From the NCBI GenBank assembly GCA_014896315.1, contig JADBKP010000010.1:142087-206086 (forward strand): a DNA stretch of 64,000 bases, given 5' to 3'. The notes under the pieces are model-generated. The model made no database searches, had not been told where the DNA came from, and worked only from the letters and a program-made list of their open reading frames with translations. The stretch's first letter is position 1. Each line of letters starts with the position of its first letter. Both the position numbers and the translations under genes were made by a program. Positions 55,880-63,917 of this stretch are shown in pieces. This DNA comes from Limnochordales bacterium (lineage in GTDB: Bacteria > Bacillota > Limnochordia > Limnochordales > DUMU01).

Positions 55880-57199
55880 GTGAGTCGACGTCAAGGTGGG
55901 CGTGGGCGCTGGTATAGCGGCAATTTGGGGATCATGATGGCAGTCCTTGTCGTGTTGTTCCTGGTCGGTTTCAATGTCAGGACCGGTCCGGTATGGGCGG
56001 CCCCGGTGGAGCTAACTTTCTACCACCAATGGGTGGGCAAGGATGCCGAGCTGTTGCAGGCGATAGTGGACGAATTCAATCGCAGCCAGAAAGAGATCCG
56101 CGTCAAGTTCATTCCGAACGCGAGTCTGGAGAAGCAGCTGGTGGCCATTGCCGGAGGCTCGGGGCTTGATATCGGTTACGTTGCCTGGAGCAACGTGCCG
56201 GGACTGGTGGAGAAGAAGGTAGCGTTGCCGCTCGACAGTTTCCTGGCGGATCCCAAGAGCGCTCTGAAACCGGGGGACTTCATCCCGGCTGCCCTGGAAT
56301 TGGGTCGGATTGAAGGGGTCCAGTACGGGCTTCCCATGACAGTGGATATCAAGATGATGTTCTACAACACCGATATCCTCGACGAAAAGGGTATCCCGAT
56401 TCCGGAGACCGCCGGCCAGTTCCAGGAAATGCAGCGCCGCGTGTTTGAGAAGGGACCCGACGGGAGGATTCGCCGCCTGGGATTCCTGCCGGAGTACCCG
56501 TGGTTGTCAGTGGGCCTGTGGGAGCTGGTCTTCGGCGGGCGATTCTACGATCCCGTCACCCGCCAGGTTACCCCCGACGATCCTCGCAATATCCTCGGCA
56601 TAAAGTTTATGCTCTTTCCGTATCAGACGTTCGGGTTTGGCGCGGTACGAGCGTTCCAGCAATCGTGGGGTGGGTACTGGACCAACAATGACCCATTTGT
56701 GACGGAAAAACTCGTTTCCACCGCGGACGGGGAATGGCTCCCGTTGATGCTCTCGCAGCTTGCCCCCAGGATGTCCTACCGCATAGCTCCGTTGCCTTAT
56801 CCGGATGATCGCCCCGATCTGAAGTACAGCTCCTTGCTCGAACCAGGGATGCTCTTCGTCGCCGCCAACACCCGCCATCCCCGCGAGGTGTGGAAGTTCC
56901 TGGAGTATCTTGAGTCCGCCGAACAGACGGTGCGCATCTGCGCAGGCAAAGGTTCGCTTCCCCACTTGCGAACTGTTTTGACCGATTCCCGTTTGTGGAC
57001 GGGAACGGCGCCGGGTATGAAGGAGTTTGTATGGTATTTGCACAGTCCCAACATGCGTACCTTCCCCAATCTGAGTATCACTTCACAGTATATGAGTGCG
57101 ATCTGGACCGAACTGCAGAAAGTATTTAGCGGTGAACAGACCCCGGAGGCAGCCATGCGGAGGGTAAAAGAACAGATCCAACCGTTGTTGCGGCGGTAA
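55880..57199 (+). CDS. ABC transporter extracellular solute-binding protein (CUT1 family)
   Basis: The ORF track starts at 55736. GTG 55880 lies 6 nt after AAGGAGGGAG and gives VSRRQGGRGRWYSGNLGIMMAVLVVLFLVGF.., an N-terminal anchor, followed by a typical SBP body. Confidence 0.85.
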   Translation: MSRRQGGRGRWYSGNLGIMMAVLVVLFLVGFNVRTGPVWAAPVELTFYHQWVGKDAELLQAIVDEFNRSQKEIRVKFIPNASLEKQLVAIAGGSGLDIGYVAWSNVPGLVEKKVALPLDSFLADPKSALKPGDFIPAALELGRIEGVQYGLPMTVDIKMMFYNTDILDEKGIPIPETAGQFQEMQRRVFEKGPDGRIRRLGFLPEYPWLSVGLWELVFGGRFYDPVTRQVTPDDPRNILGIKFMLFPYQTFGFGAVRAFQQSWGGYWTNNDPFVTEKLVSTADGEWLPLMLSQLAPRMSYRIAPLPYPDDRPDLKYSSLLEPGMLFVAANTRHPREVWKFLEYLESAEQTVRICAGKGSLPHLRTVLTDSRLWTGTAPGMKEFVWYLHSPNMRTFPNLSITSQYMSAIWTELQKVFSGEQTPEAAMRRVKEQIQPLLRR

Positions 57200-57253
57200 T
57201 CCGAGCTGTAAAGGACGAGATATGACATCGACTGAAGAGAAGGAGTGCAGACC

Positions 57254-58342
57254 ATGGCGGCAGATACGAACATATTTGCTCACATAGGTGTCTGGCTCAA
57301 CCGTGAAGACCTGCTTTCCCGCAAGCCAGGACAGCTTGAATACATTTTCGACCAGATGGCCGCCATGGGTGTGACGCACGTCTATCCTGAACTCTATTTC
57401 CGGGGCGGCGCCGCTTATCCGAGCGGAGTCGCCCCGGAGCACGGCGAGTTTCGTTCCCGCCGCATATTGCTGGATAAGAATCAGCGACCCGAGGACATAG
57501 TGTCAGAGCTGCTGCGCCTTGCTCGCGAGCGTAATATTCAGGTTCATCCGTGGGTGTGGGTCTTCTGCGCGGGGTATTGGCATACCTACGGGCCTATACT
57601 GGAATGCCATCCCGAATGGGCGGAGCTTGACCAGGACCGGCATCCTTTTTCAAACTGGCGGTACGGTACGGCCTGGCTCTGCCCGGTTTTGCCGGCAGTG
57701 CGCGAGTACTTGCTGGCCGTGCTGGCGGAACTGGTAACGCGCTGGCCCGTAGACGGGGTCCATCTGGACTACATCCGCTACAACGAGGAGGAGGCTGGCT
57801 CGTTTGGTTTTCACCCGGCTTCTCTGGCACAATTCCGGGAAGATACCGGAATGAGCGAACCGGGTCATGGCGGACGGGATGCCGACGACCAGGAGCGACG
57901 GGCCGCCTGGACGGCCTGGCGGGCGGGTAACGTGACCCGCTTTCTGACCGAGGCGGTTCGACGTTTACGCGCCCTTCGCCCCGGTATCAGGATATCGGCG
58001 GCGGTAGTGCCCGATCCGGATCTTGCGTATCGCAACGCCTGCCAGGAGTGGGCCAGGTGGGCGGAAGAAGGGCTGCTGGACCATGTACTGCCCATGGCTT
58101 ACCGCACGAACCTGGCGGAGTTGCGCGCTGTCCTCACGGTACTGCGGGAACGGCTGGCGGGCCGTGGTAGGGGCAGTGCGGGTGCGGCGCTCTATCCGGG
58201 TCTGGCCGTTTGGGTGAGTCCGGAGGAAATCGTCCGCCAGGTAGAGATCGTGCGGGAGCTGGGTTTCGAGGGAGTGACTCTCTTCTCGACCCTCAACCTT
58301 ACACCCGCCCACTACACTGCGCTGCGGGCTGTGTTGCGCTAG
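57254..58342 (+). CDS. GHL10 (DUF187/YngK-like) family protein; bare TIM barrel with no signal peptide
   Basis: The ORF track starts at GTG 57245; ATG 57254 lies 8 nt after AAGGAG. Motifs: HIGVWLNRED..MGVTHVYPELYFRGGAAYPS..NIQVHPWVWVFCAGY..TAWLCP..PVDGVHLDYIRYNEEE. Confidence 0.85.
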   Translation: MAADTNIFAHIGVWLNREDLLSRKPGQLEYIFDQMAAMGVTHVYPELYFRGGAAYPSGVAPEHGEFRSRRILLDKNQRPEDIVSELLRLARERNIQVHPWVWVFCAGYWHTYGPILECHPEWAELDQDRHPFSNWRYGTAWLCPVLPAVREYLLAVLAELVTRWPVDGVHLDYIRYNEEEAGSFGFHPASLAQFREDTGMSEPGHGGRDADDQERRAAWTAWRAGNVTRFLTEAVRRLRALRPGIRISAAVVPDPDLAYRNACQEWARWAEEGLLDHVLPMAYRTNLAELRAVLTVLRERLAGRGRGSAGAALYPGLAVWVSPEEIVRQVEIVRELGFEGVTLFSTLNLTPAHYTALRAVLR

Positions 58343-58489
58343 CAGACCAGGCCGCATGCTCGCCGGCAGGCTGTTACTGGCCCGGCGGGTTCGGCGTTCT
58401 CATGACCGGGTTTCTCTGGGTCCAATTCCTCAAACGCGGGAGTTCTTCGGAAGGAATTGTGGCGGGAGTAGCGAATTATGACTCGAACC

Positions 58490-58503
58490 TGGGAACGTTC
58501 CCA
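58490..58503. promoter_or_regulatory. Perfect 14-bp CG-centred palindrome; LacI-family operator candidate
   Basis: tgggaacgttccca equals its own reverse complement. It lies 16 nt upstream of the preferred LacI start at 58519. Confidence 0.6.
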
Positions 58504-58518
58504 CAGTAGGTGATATCT

Positions 58519-59664
58519 GTGCCCACTATCCTGGATGTAGCCCGTCTGGCTCAGGTTTCCAAGAGCACTGCTTCCCGGGTGTTGAATGGGTTTTCCGGCA
58601 CACCGCCGGAGGTCAGAGAGCGGGTCTTTGCCGCGGCCCGGGCCCTTGGCTACGAACCCGATGCCTCCGCCCGCGGCCTTGTCCGGCGCAAAACCGAGAC
58701 CATCGGTGTTGTTGTGGCAAAGGTTGGTGATCCTTTCTTCGCTGCTTTCCTCCGGGGGGCAGGTGATGCCGCGGCCGAAGCCGGCTACTCCCTCACCATC
58801 ACCAGCGGCGAGTGGGCCGAGGAAGAAGTAGCCTATCAGCGGCTGATTCGCCAGCGCCGTGTCGACGGTCTGCTCTTTATCAGCGGGCCGGTGCTTTCAC
58901 CCAAGCTCAGGCAGCAGCTTTCTCGCTCGGACCTTCCCGTTGTCATGGTTGACCGTGACGAGGAAGATTGGCAGTTGCCCATAGATAGGGTGAACGCCGA
59001 TAACCGGGCAGCAATTGCTCGCGCCGTAGCCTGGCTCAAGTCCCGGGGCCACACCCGCATCGCCTTCGTCGGTGGCCCGAGCAACGTCCCGGCCGCCCAG
59101 CGGCGGCTGGAAGGCTACCGTCAGGGGCTGAGGGATTGCCATCTTCCCTACGACGCTTCTTTAGAGTTGCCGGGAGATTTCAGCCCGCAGGCCGGGATCG
59201 CTGCCCTCCCCCGGCTCCTTGAGGTCCGCCCGCGGCCGACGGCTGTCATTGCGGCCAACGACCTGACGGCCATAGGAATCTTGCGGGCGGCGGCAGAGGC
59301 AGGGGTGAGGATTCCCGACGACCTGTCGGTCCTGGGGGTTGACGACATCGATGCTGCTGGTTGGGTAAACCCACCCCTGACGACTTTGCACCAACCGTGC
59401 TACGAGATGGGCAGGCGGGGCGTAGAGCTGCTCCTTTCCCGGATCGAGGAGAAGGCGTTGCAGACTCGGGCAAACTCCCGTACCGGCAACCCTCCCACCC
59501 CCGAGCCGGGGACACCAACGGAAGTTCTTCATGAGGTGCTTTCCATGCAGCTCGTGGTACGTGAGAGCGTGGCGGAGATTCGGGGGACTCACCGCCGTGA
59601 GGACGATCTCCCATCCGGAAGCTGTGCAGATGCTGCAGGAAGGATGGGAGGTGAGAGAAGGTAG
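58519..59664 (+). CDS. LacI-family transcriptional regulator
   Basis: The ORF track starts at GTG 58510. GTG 58519 gives MPTILDVARLAQVSKSTASRVLNG, the HTH_LacI motif, followed by a sugar-binding core and a roughly 50-aa non-conserved tail. Confidence 0.9.
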   Translation: MPTILDVARLAQVSKSTASRVLNGFSGTPPEVRERVFAAARALGYEPDASARGLVRRKTETIGVVVAKVGDPFFAAFLRGAGDAAAEAGYSLTITSGEWAEEEVAYQRLIRQRRVDGLLFISGPVLSPKLRQQLSRSDLPVVMVDRDEEDWQLPIDRVNADNRAAIARAVAWLKSRGHTRIAFVGGPSNVPAAQRRLEGYRQGLRDCHLPYDASLELPGDFSPQAGIAALPRLLEVRPRPTAVIAANDLTAIGILRAAAEAGVRIPDDLSVLGVDDIDAAGWVNPPLTTLHQPCYEMGRRGVELLLSRIEEKALQTRANSRTGNPPTPEPGTPTEVLHEVLSMQLVVRESVAEIRGTHRREDDLPSGSCADAAGRMGGERR

Positions 59665-59828
59665 CGTTAGAGCCCAGACGCTACCAGGCGCAACCAGTGA
59701 CATTCTGATGCAACCGGGGTAACCAGCGGCAACCAGAGGTATAATGAGCGGCTCAGACTCTGATGGATGTGGGATGTCAGATCAACTTGACGGTTTGTGG
59801 GGGCCTAAGATGGGAAGGAGTGTGAACC

Positions 59829-61130
59829 ATGAGAACGAGGTTAAGCTTGGTCTTGACGCTAGCCGCCGCATTGTTTGTTGGGCAGATCCTGGGGGCATCA
59901 CCACTGATTGCAGCCAGTCAGCAAGGGACCGCTTCAATCACAAAGATCACGTTTAGCATGATGATGAATAGTGTGGAAGAAGTTGCGAACTACCGAGCAT
60001 TGATCGACCAGTTCAATGCAGCTAACAAAGATGTCAAGGTTGAGTTTCTTGAGATCAGCGGCGACTACTACCAGAAAATAATCTCTATGATTGCTACTGG
60101 GACTGCTCCCGATCTCTTCTGGTATGGCGGAACCAACTCAGCACAATTGATTCGCGATGGTGTCCTTGCTGACCTCGTGCCTTTCATCGAAAATGATCCT
60201 GACTTCAACCTTGCCGATTTCTTCCCCAGTGCTGTTAACCCATTCCGCTGGCAAGGCGGTCTCTACGGAATACCTCGAGATGTGTCACCGCTCGTGATGT
60301 ATTACAATGTCGACTCTTTTGCTAACGCCGGGCTTCAGTCGCCCAATGATCATCACGACCGCAAAGCATGGAATTGGGACAACTTCCTCAGTGTCGCCAA
60401 GAAGCTGAGTGCCCCCAATGCCCCCACACCGCGTTATGGCATGAGCACAGACTGGTGGTGGGGTCTGTGGTTCCCGTGGATTCTCACAAATGGCGGGGAG
60501 ATCTTCTCGCCGGACTATAAGGAAGCTCGCTTCGATTCGCTCAAGGCACGCGAAGGTTTGAAGTTCTTCGTGGATCTGATTCATGTTCACAAGGTTGTGC
60601 CCAGCCCTGATCAAGCCAACGCCCTGGGCGGGCACTGGGAGCTCTTTGTTCGCGGCCAGGCGGCCATGTATCCCACCGGGCGGTGGGCCGTGCCGGGGCT
60701 GCGCCAGACCAAAGGTCTGAACTTCGACGCTGTGGTCATGCCGTACCGGGTCCGGCAGGGCAGTCCGCTCTTTACCGGTATCTATGCCATTTCTGCCGCG
60801 TCCACCAAGAAACAGGCTGCCTGGAGGCTCCTCAAGTGGATGGTTAGCCCGGAGGCGCAGCTGAGGCTGGCGGCACTGGGTCAGGTGTTGCCCTCCCGCT
60901 TGTCGGCGGCCGTTTCCAAGGAGTTTATCAACTCTGTGCCGCCAAAGCACAACATGGTCTTCGTCGAGGCGGCGCAACACGGCTATCTTGAACCGGTCTT
61001 CCCCGAGTTTGGCAAAGTCATGGACGTCACCTGGGGTCCGTTCTGGGAGATGTTCAACGGCAGGATGACGGTGGACAACGCCCTTGACTCGATCATGCCG
61101 CAAGTCAGGCAGATCATGGGCATGAAGTGA
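59829..61130 (+). CDS. ABC transporter extracellular solute-binding protein (CUT1 family)
   Basis: 433 aa with the ATG 8 nt after GGAAGGAG. Signal peptide MRTRLSLVLTLAAALFVGQILGASPLIAA, then a typical SBP body (GTAPDLFWYG, GQAAMYPTGRW). Confidence 0.9.
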   Translation: MRTRLSLVLTLAAALFVGQILGASPLIAASQQGTASITKITFSMMMNSVEEVANYRALIDQFNAANKDVKVEFLEISGDYYQKIISMIATGTAPDLFWYGGTNSAQLIRDGVLADLVPFIENDPDFNLADFFPSAVNPFRWQGGLYGIPRDVSPLVMYYNVDSFANAGLQSPNDHHDRKAWNWDNFLSVAKKLSAPNAPTPRYGMSTDWWWGLWFPWILTNGGEIFSPDYKEARFDSLKAREGLKFFVDLIHVHKVVPSPDQANALGGHWELFVRGQAAMYPTGRWAVPGLRQTKGLNFDAVVMPYRVRQGSPLFTGIYAISAASTKKQAAWRLLKWMVSPEAQLRLAALGQVLPSRLSAAVSKEFINSVPPKHNMVFVEAAQHGYLEPVFPEFGKVMDVTWGPFWEMFNGRMTVDNALDSIMPQVRQIMGMK

Positions 61131-61151
61131 AGCCGGATCGGGGTGAGCTGT

Positions 61152-61189
61152 GGGCGGGTCGGGCTCGTGGAGGAATGTCCGACCCGCCC
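61152..61189 (+). terminator. Strong intercistronic stem-loop between the SBP and GH35 genes (no U-tract)
   Basis: gggcgggtcgg (61152-61162) pairs perfectly with ccgacccgccc (61179-61189). The stem is 11 bp and the loop 16 nt. Confidence 0.45.
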
Positions 61190-61212
61190 TGACCGCCCGA
61201 CGGAGGGGACAG

Positions 61213-63699
61213 GTGGGGTCGAAGTTGAAGGCAGCAGCCGGGGCGATTTTGAGTTTGGGGCTGAGTTTGTTGACGGTCATTGCTATCCAGGGCACGGTTT
61301 ACGCAAATCAGAACGGTGAGCATGGCCAGGAAAGGGGCAAGGCGGAAACAGTGCAGGAGCCATCATTGCAGTCACAAGACGGGCACTTCCTCTTAAACGG
61401 AAAGCCGGTCTTCCTCCTGACGGGCGAGTTCCCTTACTATCGCATTCCGGCGGCTGAATGGGCGGACCGCCTTCACAAGGTGAAGGCTGCCGGCGTGCAG
61501 ATCATTACGTTCTACATCCCGTGGAACTGGCACATGCCCTCGGCGGGCGAGGCCGATTTCACCGGAGAGACCGATCCCAGCCGCAACCTAGTAGAGCTTC
61601 TGCGGCTGATCCAGGCCCGGGGGATGTACGCGATCGCCAAACCAGGGCCTTTTATCTGTGCCGAGGTGAAGCACGGAGGGATCCCCGACTGGTTCACCAG
61701 GGCGCATCCGGAAGCAATTACGCTCAGCGCCTCCGGCCGGCCGGTTGGCTTCCGGCAGGATGGCAAACCACTTCCCGCCTACCTGCATCCTGCTTACGTC
61801 CGGGCTGTGAAGGACTGGTTTGAGAGGGTGGCGGCGGTTCTGCGGGAGTGGCAGGCGCCATCCGGCCCGCTGATAGCGGTGCAGGTGGAGAACGAAATCC
61901 CCTACAGCACCAGCGAACTGGCCGATCCTTACTCGTGGGGCTACAATCCGGCAGAAATCGATCTTTACCGTGAGTGGCTGAAGCAACGCTATCAGTCTCT
62001 GGAAAGGTACAACGTGGCCCACCAGACGGAGTACAGGGCATGGGCCGAGGTGCAGCCCCCGGGGCGCGAGAGTCTTGCGGCCAAAGCCGACTCCGCGGCC
62101 GGGCAACGCCTGGCCCGCTGGTTGCCTTTCCGGGACTGGGTGCAGTTTAAGAGCTGGTACGGGGCGGAAGTGTTGCGGGTCTACGGCGAGCTGCTGCGGG
62201 AAGCAGGGGTGACCGTCCCTCTCTATCAGAACTTCCTGATGCTGGAGGACGAAGCGCCGACGGATTATGCGGCGATGGGTGCCAGCATGTGGGTGGGGGT
62301 CAACTACTGGCTTCCCAGACACCCGCTCTCCTCGTATGCCGACTTCGTGCGGGGGCTTTTCCGTGCGCAGCTCCTGGCCGCCCGCGCCCCTGGCTCGCCG
62401 CTTTATGCGCCCGAAGTGAACTGGGGTTGGGGACACGAGGGCGAGTTCGACTTTTTGACCCGCTACATCACGACGGTGCTGAACGGGGTGAACATCTACC
62501 CGGTCGTCAACGGTTCATACAATCCGCAGGTGGCCGGTGAACCCTACAGTAATAGCCCGCTGCCGTATCCCGGTTCTGCCCCCATCGGTGCAGAAGGCGA
62601 GACGGACTCAGCTGCATACGAGTCTCTCCGCCGGCTGGCGTTTTTCCTGAACCGTGCAGGAGCGGACCTGGTGCAGACCCGGGGGCCGGCTGAAGTAGCC
62701 ATCGCTTACTATGCCCCGTACAACGAAGAGCGAGTCTACAAGGAGTGGGGCGGGCTGCCAGAAGAGGCGGTGGTCCGGCTGGTCGGGCGAGAGGTCGAGG
62801 GCCTGCCGGCGGGGCAGCCGGCGGTGGCCGACGCCTGGACCTCGACTCAGCTGCTCATGGGGGCACTCTTGCGGACCGGGGTTGAGTTTGAGCTTGTGGA
62901 CCTTTCCCGGACGTCGGCGGCGGAGCTTGCCCGCTACAAGGCGGTGGTCTTCTGGTCCTGGGACTACCTGGGCCGGCGTGAGCAAGAGGCGCTGGCTGGC
63001 TATGTGAAGGAGGGCGGCCGGCTGCTCCTGGTCGGCCAGATTCCCACTTTCGATGAGGAGCTGCGCCCGACGGCCATTCTCGGCGACGTGATCTCGCGTG
63101 CTGCCAAGGTTACGGTTGTTGCTCCGGCCGAGCTGGGGTTGAGCCCGGGCTCGGGTGCCGGCTCCTGGTCGACCAACGCAGGCAACAGCCCGGGCCTGTC
63201 TGACAGGTTTGGTCTCTGGTTGCAGGAGGCCGGTATCGTTCCTGCGGTGCGGGTGACCGATCTCGGTTCGGGGGAGCCACTGGCCTCCGGCAAGCTGGGT
63301 GAGGAAGTGAGTCTCTTCCGGCGGACGGGCAAGGGCGGAACGTTTCTCTTCCTGGTAAACCGGGCTCGCCGGCCACAGCGTCTGGCGGTCGACTTCCCCG
63401 ACGAGCAAGGACGGCGCTGGGAGGCGCGGCTGACTCTCCCGCCCGGGCGGGTCTCCATACTGCATCTGAAGAACGGTGAGTGGCGGGGAGCGGCCCTGGC
63501 AGGATTTGGCGGTATCGATGTGACCTTGACGCCCCTGGAGCCGACGCCTGCCCAGGACGGGGCCGAACCTGTCCCTGCTCGAGAAGCCAGGCCCCGGCGT
63601 TTCACCGCCGAGACCAACTTCGCCGTTTGGGTGCGGGACGACGAAGGCCGGGTGGAGATCCTTACGCAAGACGACGTACCCGGGCACTGGGAGCAGTAG
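61213..63699 (+). CDS. Secreted glycoside hydrolase family 35 beta-galactosidase-like enzyme with large C-terminal domains
   Basis: The ORF track starts at GTG 61150, which would place the hairpin inside the coding sequence; I prefer GTG 61213, which follows GGAGGGG. Signal peptide ..AILSLGLSLLTVIAIQGTVYA. GH35 N-terminal signature: FLLNGKPVFLLTGEFPYYRIP..W.DRLHKVKAAGVQIITFYIPWNWH..FTG..DL..LLRLIQARGMYAIAKPGPFICAEVKHGGIPDWF, and VQVENE. Confidence 0.85.
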   Translation: MGSKLKAAAGAILSLGLSLLTVIAIQGTVYANQNGEHGQERGKAETVQEPSLQSQDGHFLLNGKPVFLLTGEFPYYRIPAAEWADRLHKVKAAGVQIITFYIPWNWHMPSAGEADFTGETDPSRNLVELLRLIQARGMYAIAKPGPFICAEVKHGGIPDWFTRAHPEAITLSASGRPVGFRQDGKPLPAYLHPAYVRAVKDWFERVAAVLREWQAPSGPLIAVQVENEIPYSTSELADPYSWGYNPAEIDLYREWLKQRYQSLERYNVAHQTEYRAWAEVQPPGRESLAAKADSAAGQRLARWLPFRDWVQFKSWYGAEVLRVYGELLREAGVTVPLYQNFLMLEDEAPTDYAAMGASMWVGVNYWLPRHPLSSYADFVRGLFRAQLLAARAPGSPLYAPEVNWGWGHEGEFDFLTRYITTVLNGVNIYPVVNGSYNPQVAGEPYSNSPLPYPGSAPIGAEGETDSAAYESLRRLAFFLNRAGADLVQTRGPAEVAIAYYAPYNEERVYKEWGGLPEEAVVRLVGREVEGLPAGQPAVADAWTSTQLLMGALLRTGVEFELVDLSRTSAAELARYKAVVFWSWDYLGRREQEALAGYVKEGGRLLLVGQIPTFDEELRPTAILGDVISRAAKVTVVAPAELGLSPGSGAGSWSTNAGNSPGLSDRFGLWLQEAGIVPAVRVTDLGSGEPLASGKLGEEVSLFRRTGKGGTFLFLVNRARRPQRLAVDFPDEQGRRWEARLTLPPGRVSILHLKNGEWRGAALAGFGGIDVTLTPLEPTPAQDGAEPVPAREARPRRFTAETNFAVWVRDDEGRVEILTQDDVPGHWEQ

Positions 63700-63917
63700 A
63701 CGTGGACTGCGTCAACCTTCACCGGTCATTTCGACCCCCGGCCAGGTGCGCCTGACCGGCAGTGAGGCGCTCGGAAGGCCGACCCGGCATGGGACTATCA
63801 CTCTTGTGCTTTACGCTGTCCGGCCCGTCCGCAGTGGGGAGTCGACTGGACGTTGGAGGTGCGCGGTCGCTGGCAGCCAAGAGAACGGCCGCGTCGACGC
63901 CCACCATGAGCAGCATT

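Noticed and set aside
60285-63687. Long reverse-strand ORFs (60285..61295, 61588..62436, 62608..63687) opposite the SBP and GH35 genes
   Set aside because: The forward-strand genes have strong family signatures. The reverse ORFs are Arg/Pro/Gly-rich with no motifs and overlap the real genes fully.
63719-63916. 65-aa reverse ORF starting 2 nt after the stop of the truncated terminal gene
   Set aside because: It is short, Ala/Pro/Ser/Arg-rich, has no motifs and no clear RBS. It lies in the convergent region after the GH35 gene.
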